DNA of 64,000 bases from the human T2T-CHM13v2.0 reference genome, Homo sapiens. Where the stretch lies: the NCBI RefSeq assembly GCF_009914755.1, contig NC_060942.1; one strand, 5' to 3'. The translations under genes were made by a program, and so were the position numbers. The notes beneath the pieces were generated by a model, which did not search any database, had not been told where the DNA came from, and saw only the letters and a program-made list of their open reading frames with translations. Positions 1 to 14,100 of the stretch are shown here, piece after piece (the stretch's first letter is position 1; every line of letters starts with the position of its first letter).

Positions 1-1105
1 ACCACTTACAACTGCCTGGCAGGCTGAGATTTTAAAAAAAACCCTTAGACAAAAATGTGCAGGGCATTGGAAGGTGATGTTGCCTCATTCCTTCATCTCA
101 GGGCATAATCTTTCTCCTTGACCCACCCACCCAGTTTTACCACCTGTCAAAATCAATTAATGCTTCCTTGAATTCTGTACTAACACAGAAGGAGAAAATT
201 AAAACTCAAAGGACAGGACATGATTCAGGGTACCATTGAAACTCTGAGTCCAAGATCAAATCAACACATTATAAAAACAAATAATAAACAAACAAAGAGA
301 AACCATAGAGTAGGCTGTGAAGTTAGGATCTTCCTCACTATTGTTGCCTCAGTGTTTGGTCATAGTTACAGGTAGAAATGGAACCCATGGAAATGGAAAG
401 AGAATGGAGCATGGCTTTGGGTCTGACAAATTATACTGCATACAAACCCTCACACACTTGGTACTATTAATTTGTGCATATGTGCTGATATTCATTTAAG
501 AAAATATTGTTGAATATTTATGCATCATAATGTGCTACACATATGTGGAATATAATAATAATATATATAATAATATAATAAATCTGACAGAGTTGTAAGG
601 AGGATGAAAGAGCAATGCATTGTTTAAGTTTCATGAAAGTAGTAGGTATAGGACACAGAGATCATAGAAGAAGAGATGCGTTCTGTTATGGCTCACAGGG
701 AGTTAAAGTCACAGTATAAATCATGAAAACTTCAGGGCGGTCAAATGAGTAGTATCATTAGAAAAGGAAGCAAGTCAGACAAAAATCCTGCAGAATACAT
801 CTAACATAAAGATGTATTGTAAATAGACACAAAGAAGCCTGAAACAGACAGATATATTGGAAAAATTCAAGTGCTTAGGATAAGTGAAATCTGTGATCAG
901 CTCAAATCTGCAAAATCAAGTAGAGGTAGTTTATTAAAGGCAGCTAATATTACACTAAGAAAGCCAATTCTTTTCAAACCATTTCATATAGTGGATTTTT
1001 TTTTTTTTTGTCAAGGACAATTATTTGATGAGTTCTAGTGAATAAAAAAGATAATAACAAACATAATGAGGCTTAGGATGGAGGAATATTTAAAACGGAA
1101 AACCC

Positions 1106-1536
<431 letters not shown>

Positions 1537-1649
1537 TTATGTGTCTATTTTTATGTCTATTTATTCATCTTGTTTGTTACTATCATGTTCTTTAAAAAAT
1601 CTTTATATTTTTAAGCCATAATAATTTTCTCAATAATAATACTTTACCT

Positions 1650-4600
1650 CAGGGACTTCTGCTTCTGTGCAGATGGAGTAACAGGGGCTGGACTTAACCT
1701 AATACATGAAATAACCAAACAAATGTAGAAAATGGACTAGATATGTGCAAAAATTTGTTTTCAAGTCACTGGACATAAGGCAATGAAATATAATGATCCC
1801 TGAGTGATTGAAAATAAAGGAAGTACGACTATGCTTACCCAAACTTATTGCCTAGAGAGTATTTTTAGAGGATGACATCAGGGAGAGGGAGATGAAGCAG
1901 AAAGCAGATAAATTCCTGAGTTGTACACACAGAGTTGAGAATCTTGAGAGGCCAAGGGAGCTAGAGCTCATAGGAGAGAACTCTGAAAAGGACAGAGGTA
2001 TGCAGACAGAGAACCCTGAAGATTTGCAAATAATCACTCTCAAGTACTCAGCATAATATTGATCAGCAAATAAATGGAGAGACAAGGGAAATAACTATCC
2101 AAAAAATTAACACAGGCTGGCACTCATCTAGGAGAGGGAATAGTCTGTTTTTTCCAGCTCTACTGGAAACACTCATTATCCATAAGACATTGGGAATAAT
2201 AAGGGTTTGCCTCAGTAATAAGAATAATTAGCTCTATATGAAGCACTACTCCATACCCACCTAAGAAAAACAGAAGCAAGACATAAAAGGATGAGTCAGT
2301 TTTTCAAGTAACATAACAACATCAAAAAACAAAGTTCTAATATATTTATAGAAATACAAAAGTGGCCAGTACCTAAGAAGGTATAATTCACAATATCTGG
2401 TAGCCAATAAAAAAATTGCTAGGCATTCAAAGGGGTGTGCAAATAGGATACATTATGAGAATAATCAATAACTGAAATCAACTCAGGACTGATGCAGATG
2501 TAAAAAACCATTGGAAAAGGGCAATAAGATAATTATCTTCAAAAATTAATGAAAGACATGGAACATATTATAAAATGGTTCAAAACAAATTTCTAGAGAT
2601 GAAAACTTAGATATCTGAGATGAAAAGTTTATTGTATGGATCTTATGACATCTTATAAAATATAAAGGATACAGTGAACTGGAAGACACAGTAATGGGAG
2701 ATGTCCAAAATTAATCATAAAAAGATTAAACATGCAGAAATCCTATTATAGGTATAATTGGCATCCTCAAAGGAGAGGAGAGAGAGAGAAAGAGGAGACA
2801 GAAAAAAAAACTGAAAAAAATAATGGCTAAAAATTGTCCAGATCTGATAAAAGTTATTAATACATACAGATTCAAGAAGCTCCAGAAATCTCCAGCAAAA
2901 GAAACACAAAGATGTAGATCAGAGAATACCAAGTAGCAAATAATGTAGGATGAAGAAGTCTAGAGATCTATCACATGAAGACCATAGGTAATCAAATTGT
3001 CCTATATGTGGGAGTCATGATAAATGAACAGGTTTTAGCTGCTCTTGCCACAAAAATGGGTAACTATGTGAGATGATGGATATGCTAATGTACTTCATTG
3101 TAGTAGCTTTTTACTATTTACATATATCTTATAGAATCATGTTGTATACCTTAAATATACATACTAAAATTTACTTTTAAAAAAGGTAGATGAATAAAAA
3201 AGTAACAAAGCACATCATAGTCAAATTGCTGAAAATCAGAAATGAAGATAAATCCTTTAGCCGAAGAAGACATGCAGAGCAACTAAGATAAGGATGATAA
3301 CAAATAGCAAATATCTCATCTAAAAGTAATGCAAAGGAAGAGACAGTGGAGTAAAATTATTAAATAATCAAAATAGGAAACAAAAATACTACCTAGAATT
3401 CTATACCGTGTGAAAAATATCTTTTAAAAACTAAAAGTGAAGTAGAGACTTTTTTCAGATATATAAAAGCTTAAACGATTCATCATCAGAAGAGTCACAC
3501 TACAAGACATTTTAAAGAAAGTGATTCAAGCAGATAGAAAATACTACATGAAAATATAAATTTATACAAAAAACGAGCACCTGAAATAATACCTGTATTG
3601 GTAAATATGTAATTTTTTCTATTATTTAAATGTCTTTAAAATAATTTATTGCTTAAATAAAAAATGTAGTTTGTGTCTTATAATATATATAAAAGCAAAA
3701 TGTTTGACAACAATAGCACAAAGGCCAAGAAAAGAGAAATGGAAGTCTAATGCTTAAGATTCTTGTACTATCCCCGAAGTGGTATACTATCACTTGAAGT
3801 TAGTCTGTAATAAGCTAGAAGTATATATTGTAAACTCTTAAGCAACAACTAAGGTGACAATATTGAAAGTTACTAGTAATAAGCCTATAAAGGAGGGAAA
3901 ATGAAATAAGAAAAAAAATTCTCCATTAACCCAAAGGAAGCCAGGGAAAAAGCAAAAGGAGTATTGGAAAAAACTAAAACAAAACAAAAAAAAAGAATAA
4001 ATAACAAGATGATAGATTTAAAATAACCATATCAATGATCACATTAAGTGTAAATAATCTAAATTCACCAATTCAAAAGCATAGGTTGTTAAATTGGTTA
4101 AAAGGCAAATCTCAATGAATGCTGCCTACAAAAATAATAACGTAAATATCATGATGAGAATAGTAAAAACATAATGTAAATATAATGACAAAACATGTAT
4201 AGAAAAAGAAATTCCATGCTAATACTAATTAAAAGAAAGCTGGAAAGGATACATTAACATAGGAGAAAATAGATACCAAGGCAGAAGTGTAATATCAGAG
4301 GAAATGAAAGTCATCTCTGACACAGGGTTCAATGCATCAGGAGGATATAACAATATTAAATGTGCCCTTCAGAACAGTGTGTCAAAACACAAAAAGCAAA
4401 AACAGATTTAAAAAAGAAGAAATTGATAAGTCCACATTATACAAGATGATGTTAATATTCCTCTTTTAATAATGATAGAACTGGTAGGCAGAAAATTAAT
4501 AAAATACAGATAATTTGAACAGAAATCAATCACCTCAGTATAATTGATATTGATAAAACACATCTCTTGCCACTGGGAAAATATGTATTCTTCTAAATTA

Positions 4601-7600
4601 CTTATAGAACATCTGCTAATGTAGACTGTATTCTGGGCTATAAAATAAATCTTGATATATTTTTAAATATCTAATTTTCTGTCAATGGAATTAAATTTGA
4701 AATCAGTAACAGGGCTCTGAAAAATCTCAAAATGTTTGAAAACTAACACAATTCTAAATAATCCATGGGGCAACATAAAATCTAAATTGAATTATGACAA
4801 TATTTGAGATTGAATAAAAACAAGAGAATAAATTTAAAAAATTGTGGGATATCGTTAAATACATGCAGGATCAGAATTTATAGCACTAAACATCTTTTCA
4901 GAAAAGATAAAAGTTCTCAAATAAATGACCACAGCTTGTACCATAAGAAGCTAGATAACAACAAATGAAACCCAAAAGAAAAAGAGTGTAAATAATAGTG
5001 TAAGGTGCAAATCAGTGAAATATTTTTTAAATGTAACCAAAAGAAAATCAATAATACCAGGAGCTGGGTCTTTGAAAAGGCTAATTAAATTGGTAAAACT
5101 CTAGCCAGATTGATCAGGAAAAAAAGAGAAAAGCCACAATTTACCAATAACAGAAATGAGACATGTGGCATCACTACAGATTCTATAGATATTAAGTGTT
5201 GATAAAATATTAAGAACAACTTTTTGCCTAGTATTTCAACAGTTTAGATGTATTGGACAAACATTTAAGTATGACATAATACCAACTCCACTCACACTCT
5301 TTCAGTAGATATTGATTTCAATATTACCTTGATAGAAAAAAATAAAGGGATTATTAATTAAATAAACTACAAACCAATATTCTTCATGTGACTAGATACA
5401 AAAATTTTAAACAAAATGTTGGCTCTTTGAATTCAGCAATATATAAAAGGATAGTATATAATGATTAAGTGACATTTATCCTAGGAATGTGGGATTTATT
5501 TACCAATGAAAAAGCAGTTAATGCTACTAATTGTATTAACAAACTGAAAAAAAATCACATGCTCTGCTAAATAGAATCAAAGGGGAAAAGTATTTGACCA
5601 AATCTATTACCGATTTTTGACAAAAGTTATTGGCAGTCTAAGGATAGAAGGGAATTTTCTCAACCAGATAAAGGAAATCTATGAAAAAAACCAGGAAATA
5701 ACATCATACACTATGGTAAAAACGAATCCTTTCCTTATAATATTAGGTACAAGACAAATATGCCACTTCCAGTCAACATTAAATGGCAGGCTAAGTAAAA
5801 TGATGTGTGCCATGAAGCCAGGAAAAGAAACTAAAAGCACTATATTGGAAAGAAAGATGTTTAACTGATCATTTATATAGAAAATCTGATGGAATCTACC
5901 AAAATGCTACTTGTAGTAATAACTTAGGTTAGAGAGAATGCAAGATGCAAGATTATAATACAGAAATATATTATATTTATATGTACTAGCAATAAACAAT
6001 AAGAACTTTAAAAAAATCACAAGAAATCAAAACTGTAAAATCTGGAGAGATTCGTTGGGCAAACAATATGAAAGACATGTATCCTTAAAACTAAAAGAAA
6101 ATGTTGATATAAATTAAAGAATTGGTTAAATAAAGAAATATATCTTGTTCATAGGCCAGAATATTCACTATTATTAAGATGTAAGTTACGGCTAAATGAA
6201 AAGCTAATACTAAAATTCATACAGAAATGTAACACAATAGTTAAAACACCTCTAACGAAGGGAAACAGATCAAAGGACTGACATCACATGGTTTTCAGAA
6301 TTATTGCAAAACTATGATATCAAAACAGCATGTGTAGTATTGGCATAAAATAGATAAATAAGTTAATGGAAGAGAATATAGTTCAGAAACAGACTTGTCT
6401 ATATATGTATAAAATAATTTTTTGACAAAGGTGCAAAGGCAGTCCTGTGGAAACAGTATTTTCAACACGTGTTTTTAGAACAACTGAATATGCACATACA
6501 AAATGAACTTTCATCTACACTTTACACCATATGGAAAAATCAAGTCAAAATAGATCATACATTTAAATATAAAATCTAGAGCTATTAAACTTCTAGTGAA
6601 AAAAATATAGAAAAAAAATTTTGTGACTAACGATAGGCCAAAATTTATTAAATAGGACACCAAAGCACTATTAAAAAGAAAAAAAATTGGCAAATTTGAC
6701 TTTATCAAAATTAGAACCTACTCTTCAAAAGACAGTTAAGAAAAAAAGGCTATAGAGAAGGAGAAAATATTTACAAATCTTATTTCTGAAAAATCACTTA
6801 TATCCAGAGTTCCAGAATTCAATAATAAGAAAAAAAAAGCAACTCAATATAAATGGGCAAAATATTTAAACAGATACTTCACTAAAAAAGGAATGAAGAA
6901 TGAGCACGTGAGATGCAGAACATTGTTAGTTATTAGAGTCATGCGAATTAAAAGTCCAGTGAGGTAACACCACCACACACCTACACAATGACTAGAATTT
7001 AAAAAGCTCATCACGTTTGGTTTCGGCAAGGATTTGAAGGAAGTGAAACCCGCAAGCACTGGTGGTAAGGATGTAAAATGGAGCAATCTTTTCAATAAAC
7101 AGTTTGGCTGTTTTTTTAAAAAGCTAAACATAATCTGTTATGTGATCCAGCCATTTTACTTCCAGATATTTACCTAAGAGAAAAGAAAGCTTGCTTATTC
7201 AGTTAGTTGTACATAACTATTTGTACATAAGTGTTCATAACCGTTTTATTATAATAGCTAAAAACTGCAGACAACCCAAATATTCTTCAATGGTGAATGG
7301 ATAAACAATTTGTGGAGTAAGTAAAATACTACTCATCGATGAAAACGAATAAAGTAAAAATGAGTAACACACAACATGAGAAAATCTCAAAATAATTATG
7401 CTGAGTAGAAGAAGCCAAACAAATAGAACATGTTACATGATTCCATTTATCTAAAACTCTGGAAAAATGCTAACTAATCTACAGTGACATAAGGCAGGTT
7501 AGTAGTTGCCTGGGGAGGTGCAAGGAGGGAAAGACAGGAAAGAGGTATTACAGAGGAGCATCACTTTGGACATGATGGATATGTTCACTACCTTGATTAG

Positions 7601-7702
7601 GATGATGGTTTCAGGGGCACATATGTCAAAGATTGCCAAATTATACTTTTTAAAAATTTACAGTTTATTTTGTCAGTTATACTTCAAGAAAGCCGTTAAA
7701 AA
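1650..7702 (+). mobile_element. Near full-length ancient LINE-1 (L1ME1/L1MD-like), decayed
   Basis: Colinear 5' region (ggacttctgcttctg...), ORF1-like segment, endonuclease/RT-like segment (ORF 5617-5868 resembles ORF2) and L1ME-type 3' end 'gtcagttatacttcaagaaagccgttaaaa'; many stops and frameshifts. Confidence 0.88.
2930..3185 (+). mobile_element. L1MA (L1MA4A-like) 3' end nested in the older L1
   Basis: 'ttttagctgctcttgccacaaaaatgggtaactatgtgagatgatggatatg...ttgtataccttaaatatacat' followed by A-rich tail; host L1 ORF1 sequence resumes after it. Confidence 0.8.
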
Positions 7703-7744
7703 TTCTGCATTGTACTTAAGTATCCAAAAGTGCTTTGATATATG

Positions 7745-8200
<456 letters not shown>

Positions 8201-9129
8201 AAGGAAAATGCTCACATCTTCACTTTCTTTGTGTCTCTGTAAGTTCCCAGTCTTATTTGAGGTTCAAGGGCATTCAGAAAAACCTGTCCAGTGAGCTGAT
8301 GTTACTGGTTATCTTTCCCATCCACCCTCTTGTTCATTTAGGGGAGACTGGCTGCCTACATAGAGTGAACTCTGAGTAGCATATGCTATTTAACTTTCAC
8401 AGAACTTGTTTTATTGTGGGGGCATATTTGCGATGCATTTGTGTGAAACCAGGCATTTAGAATTTGTAAACAGAGATAGCATCTGGTTTGAGTTTCTTCA
8501 GACTTTCTTAGGCCTTTAAACTTACAGTACGTCCTCACTACTACTCCTTTCACAATTAATTGTCTATTTTCCCCAACATCTCCCATATTGTCACATGTAT
8601 GATTATGTAACTACTTTTGTTTATTTCTTAATGCCCTGCATATCAAGTCAGTTTTACATTCCTTGGGCATAGAAACAGTGAATATGCTGCTGTGCTGTCC
8701 ACTAAAATGTTTTAGTGGACTTCAGTGCAGTGTTTTATTTTTAATATACAGGCAGATCATTTTTGTTGATGTGGATCCTTATTTTTCCAGTTTCTGCCCA
8801 GATATTTCATGAACACTTTCTCCCATCCTATGCTTTCTTTTGCTTCATTCTCTTCTCATGAATCCTCAAGCTACCACTTACTCTTCACACAGAAATAATT
8901 AATATTTTCAGTTGTAGGCTTAATTCTTATCTCACACCCTATTTAGAACTCACAAAAACAAGAGAGAGAAAAGTAATTTTCTGGAACAAGACGAAACTGA
9001 TATCTGTTAGAGATATAAGGGGAGTCAATTTATTGACCAATTCTTCAAACTAGGCCAAGTATAATAGAAATACAGTTTACAAGTTAATGTAAGAACAAAA
9101 CCCTGAAAATTTGGGGCCACACAATTTTG

Positions 9130-9423
9130 GTGCTTAGTCCATCCTTGCTGCTATTACAAAATACTTGAGACTGGGTAGCAAATAAACAATAGAAATTTAT
9201 CTTAAAGTTCCAGAGACTGAAAAATCAAGATCAAGGTACCAACAGACTCAGTGTCTGTCGAGGGCTGCTCTGTTTCCTTGCTGTATCCTCACATGGTGGA
9301 AGGGGTGAACAGTTCTCTCCACCTCTTTTATAAGGCTGCTAAAAGCCCCACCTCTTAATACCATCACTTTGGTGATTCAGTTTTAACATGTGAATTTTAG
9401 GAGGACACAGTCACACCATAGCA
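9130..9423 (-). mobile_element. MaLR solo LTR (MLT1A/MSTD-like)
   Basis: 'tgcttagtccat..gctgctattacaaaatacttgagactgggt...caagatcaagg...cctcacatggtggaagggg...taataccatcac...accatagca'. Confidence 0.85.
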
Positions 9424-10894
9424 GTCTTCTTACTAACAAACTTTTATTATTATTAGAGATTTGAGAAACTTCAATATTTACTGTGGGGGAATGGAAGTTC
9501 TTATTTAGGTTAGATTTTTCAAAAGGGGTAGTTGGTAGCATGAACAGTAGCATGTACAAGTCAGAAATGATTGGGTTTATTAATCAAGGTGGTAGCCTGA
9601 GGGTCAGGGGCAGGAGAGAAAAGCAAAGCCGCTTCCTCTGGCACTAAATCCTGGGCCAACAGAGAAAGAATTCCTGTTAGTCTTGCTCTATTTCTTCATT
9701 AACCCTTGCATGCTTAGAAAGTGCTTTGCTGCCTAAGTCTCTCAGCCCAAGTCCTTTAGAGAAATCTCTATGTAGGAAACACCACAGATTTATCATTTAT
9801 GAATTATTCATCATTATCATTATTAGCTCTCATAATTCCAGCCATGCTGCTCATGGGGCTCTGTCTTTTTGCTTAAGTCATATAAAACTCAGCTGACAAA
9901 ACATTAGCAGACATTCTATGGGGAATTGTTGGGGCCTGGTTTGGCTGATTACAGCCACCTTCTATATCTAACACCAGTGATGTTGTGTATATATGACTGC
10001 TCATACTTTCCAAACACAAAGTTTCCAAAAAAGTAAAGTTTATCAAAGCAATAGGTTGAAGCCAATGAGTATTCCCACTCAAAGAACTTGGTAGCAAAGC
10101 CAGCTTCATGAGTAAAATTGAAACCCACTCTTCATCGATAGCCCATGTGTAGCGGGCACAGTGATGGGTGGCTAATGTACAACAGTACGATAGACCATTC
10201 CTTATGACATCTCAAGCAGTCAGAGATTTATTTTTCACAGATACCTTAAATGTCACTAATACTGACCCATTCTTTACATTTAGGTGTACACTCATAAAAT
10301 GCAAATATCCAAGTAAAGGGTTTCATCTCCAGCTCCCTATCTTTTATTATAAATCTGTGCATCAAATTATTCGTCCAAGGCAATTGGAAAGGGAATGGAT
10401 TGAAAGCACAGCCTCTCTGTTTGCGGGGAGTGGGATTTGCAACCAAGGGATCCAGAAGGCCTGGCAGCGAGTCTTAACACTGGCTGCCCACTGAGCTGTA
10501 TGCCTGCCTCCTAGATTCCTACTGGGATTCTTATAGATTTTGGAACTTATCTGTCAGGCTACAGGGAGAAACAAGTTTCTACACAATAGTGTGAGCTTCC
10601 CCTTATGGTTATTTCTTTCTCCACATGATGCCAAACATGTCCATGGCAAAACTCCAGGCATGTCATAGAGTGAATCATATTCAGGGTGCCAACCATTAAT
10701 TGGGGAAAAATGTTCCTTAAGCTGTTCGTTTTTGATGATAGGGAAATAAGGTAGTGCCTATTTATATAGAGTCCCATGACTGTTTTATTCCATTCAACTA
10801 CACTATAACCTTGGAAATAAATGTTATTGAACTTTTTTTAACATGTCAAAAAAAAAAAGAAACTTAGAAAGCTGAATTGTCTTGATGCGTTCAT

Positions 10895-11035
10895 TTATTA
10901 ATTCTTTCATTCATTCAACAAATATTTATTGTGTTCTTACTGTGTGCCAAACACTGTTACATGTGCTGGTGATACAGAGATGGAGGAAAAAAAGACCAAA
11001 CCTTCTACCTTAAGATATTGCAATTTCGTGGGGAA
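10895..11035 (-). mobile_element. L2 LINE 3' end
   Basis: 'ttcattcattcaacaaatatttattg...tactgtgtgccaaacactg...gctggtgatacagagatg'. Confidence 0.85.
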
Positions 11036-11640
11036 AGCCCCAATGTAGTCACTAACAGCCATATGCTTTGAACCCAGTTCTGTCACTCAATTATCCCCTC
11101 ATCATATGTGGTTATCAGTCAGCAAGAGGTAAAGAATCATCCAAGGTTCATAATTGTAGTAAGGCAAGATAAAGAATAACTATATCCCTCCTCTTTGACT
11201 CCATGGGACTTCCCTCTCAGTCTAGGTTTCCCCTGGAAAGTGGACCTAGACATTCAAGCTAATTTGCAACACCTTTAAATGAATGAGGGTGCAAGATCCA
11301 AGAGCACGTGTTGAGATGCTCTGGGTCCTACAGCTTCTCAGGATGAAGCAGGGACTCTACTTTGGGAAGATTTGGTTTTCTCACCTTCAGGAATGCCGGG
11401 TTTGGACTTCTTTATGGCCAATGTGTTGCAGGAAGTAGATTTTGCTCTATTTCTGAACAGCGGCACTGAATGCCAGGGAAAGGGAAGACTGCCTCCTGCC
11501 ATGTTGTAAGGCTATCTTGAGGGCCTTCCAAAGCCCAGATTTCCTCTGAATTAAGATAAAGCAGTGCTGGGATTGCCAGTAAATAAGAGAGGGGCTGGAG
11601 TCTTGGAGTTAAATATGAGGGAGCTGCTGGTGGGACTTAC

Positions 11641-11930
11641 AGACGCCAGCATGTTCACACACACCCACGCCTACACACACACTCACACACACAACCCCAG
11701 GTGGAGTGGGAAATTAGTCAGCAGAGTCCTGACAAAGTGCTTCCTACACATGCTGTTCTGTCAGGCGGCACAGCTTCTCAGGCTTCAGAGGTAATTACAT
11801 GGATTTTCTGTCTTGTACTTGCAAAAACACAGCCCAGCACCGTGCTGCCGCTGCTGGCTTGTCGCTGACAACGCCTTTGGCTCTGGCAGGCAGCAGGCTG
11901 CAGGAGAATGTTTACATGTTCTCTTTTAAG
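11641..11930 (-). promoter_or_regulatory. Candidate first exon/promoter-proximal element of a minus-strand transcript
   Basis: Unique, GC- and CpG-richer than its surroundings; minus strand reads ...gtgaacATGCTGGCGTCT|GTAAGT (consensus donor at 11640-11635); CTTAAAAG upstream. Motif evidence only. Confidence 0.4.
11656..11693. repeat. Imperfect (CA)n microsatellite
   Basis: cacacacacccacgcctacacacacactcacacacaca. Confidence 0.85.
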
Positions 11931-12367
11931 AATTCAAACCCCGAGAAGGCACAGGAGGTACCAGGGGAAGAAAGAGGTGAGAGTTTACATGAGGGGGAGA
12001 AAGTGTAGGGAAGATATTCTTGGATAACCACACAAGGCATTCCAGGGGAGATGGGGATAAACAAGATACACAAAAATAGGGAAACTGCTGCAGAGAAGGC
12101 TACAATGATACTTGCATTAATGAATTTCGTTTCCTTTCTCTTCATCCATCAGCATAATTACTTGGCCAGTAATACTCATTCTGCTTTCAACCAATCCACC
12201 CATCAATCAACAGTTGTTAGATGCTAGATGCCCAAATTTTAGGCTGGGCAATTTGTGTTTTTGTGGGTTGGAGGACAAAGCATAAAGCACAGTTCCTGCA
12301 TAGAGGAGCTTACAAAGAAGGTGAGAAGACAGTGACTCATTTCAGGAAAACAGAAAGAAGGTAGATG

Positions 12368-12471
12368 ATGACTTGTGCCCAGTTGGGTATAGTTAGAGAA
12401 GTAAAGTGACTTGTTCAAGGTCACAAAGCCAGTTAGTAGCCAAGTCATGACTTGTGCCCAATTAGGTATAG
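12368..12471. repeat. 25-bp direct repeat flanking an inverted copy of 13075-13133
   Basis: atgacttgtgcccagttgggtatag (12368-12392) and atgacttgtgcccaattaggtatag (12447-12471); the intervening sequence is the reverse complement of 13075-13133. Confidence 0.9.
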
Positions 12472-13029
12472 AGTACCATTCCTGATGTCAAGACTCTACC
12501 CATTATTTGGGGGATATTCTCCTTTCTAGTCTTTATTTTAATGGAGATTAGAACCAAGAAATGGAACACAGAAACAGGAATAAGTAGGAGACAAAAATGT
12601 GCTGGGGCACTTTACCTTATTATGAGCAAAAAGGAACAGGACATGGACCAGTGCAAGGAGCAAATCATTCATGAGACGTACTGTGGGCCTAAGCGATGCC
12701 CAGTGTAATGCCATGGGAAGCAGGGCCTCAGCGAGAAGTCATGTAACCAGTGTGCAGTTATCCATATGCAACTCATGTGCATATCATACAGGGTGTCTGT
12801 TAGATGTGGGCTGTATTCGCTGTGTGAATGGAAAACTCCAGACTGAAGCAGGCTCATTTTCAGGCTGCATTTTCAGACCTGGCTTTTATATCAGGTCCAG
12901 GTGACAGTTACTAGCATTGACTATGTGTGGATTTCCGAATTTACGATTCTTATAAAAATTGATCAAATGTGTGTGCCTCTATGTATTTGCCCTAATACCT
13001 AGAATGCTGACTCAAACTCCGTGGGAACC

Positions 13030-13150
13030 TTAGAACACAGAATCAAAAAGAGGCCCGGACTAAAGGATGCATTTATGACTTGGCTACTCATTGGCTCTGT
13101 GACCTTGAATAAGTCACTTCACTTCTCTGAACTTTTATTTTACAATCAAA
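13030..13150 (+). mobile_element. MIR fragment
   Basis: 'ggctctgtgaccttgaataagtcacttcacttctctgaac' MIR core. Confidence 0.75.
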
Positions 13151-13899
13151 TCTTTTGGATATTTTGGGGCCAACTCCAGTTGTCCAACCATGGCTGTGGT
13201 TTTCTCTGATATCATCAGTCTCCTGTATGTTTCTCCACATGCCCCTGTCTGGGTCTTCAATTAAACTATTCTCCTTCTTTAATGTGTCCCATTCTCCTCA
13301 AACCATCAAACCCTGGACATGCTTCCGGTCTTTACTTAAGGCCTCTTCCCATCTGCAACCTCATATCTTCCAGTCTGCATTTCTCTCCCTTCTCTGAATT
13401 CCCAGAACAATGCATATTTCCAAGAGGTCAAGCCCTAGAGGTCACAGAATGTGAATCCTTAATAGCAGTATTTGTGATTGTCTCTGTGTTTCTGAGGGGA
13501 ACATGGTTTGTTAAGGGCACTGGGTAGAGATTGACAAAATTGTTGATATTTTTTATTATATCACTCAGGGTGCCAGATATAATCAGGAAACATAACTAAA
13601 TTCATATTATAAAATGTTTAGCCTGAACTAGGAAAAAAAACAGACTTTATGGTCAGAAGGTATCCTAGTTAAATGACTGTTCCTCACCAAACCTGCCAAT
13701 TTCAGGTTTCCTTTTCATTCTGTTTTTCTGCTGATTATCTTGTCTTTATTTTTAGAGATTTTTCAGTCAGCTCAGTTAGTTACTCAAATTTAAAATATTT
13801 GAATATAGTATGTATAAAGGCTCATCAAAATATAGACCTCTTTTCTAACTTTTAATGGTTTATATATTTATCACTTGCAAACAAATATGTGGAAAAAAA

Positions 13900-14100
13900 G
13901 CTGTACTCTTTCAGTTTATCACATGCGTTATGCTTCATGACTGCCTAATGAAGTGTGTGCTACTTTATTCCCATTTTAAGGATTACAGAACTGCAGCTCA
14001 GAGACATTAGATAACTGGTTTCAGGTCATGTGGCTAGCAGGGAAGGCCAAATTCAAGTTCAAATCTAGGTCTGTCTGATTTTAAGTCTCTTTCCATCACT
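13900..14100 (-). mobile_element. MIR
   Basis: 'attcccattttaaggattacagaactgcagctcagagacattagataactggtttcaggtcatgtggctag...ttcaaatctaggtctgtctga'. Confidence 0.8.

Noticed and set aside
11830-11860. cccagcaccgtgctgcc as a REST/RE1 site
   Set aside because: Has the CAGCACC half but lacks the GGACAG half
12368-12471. Repeat-spacer-repeat layout as CRISPR-like
   Set aside because: Only two repeats in primate DNA, no cas genes; better explained as a templated insertion with flanking duplication
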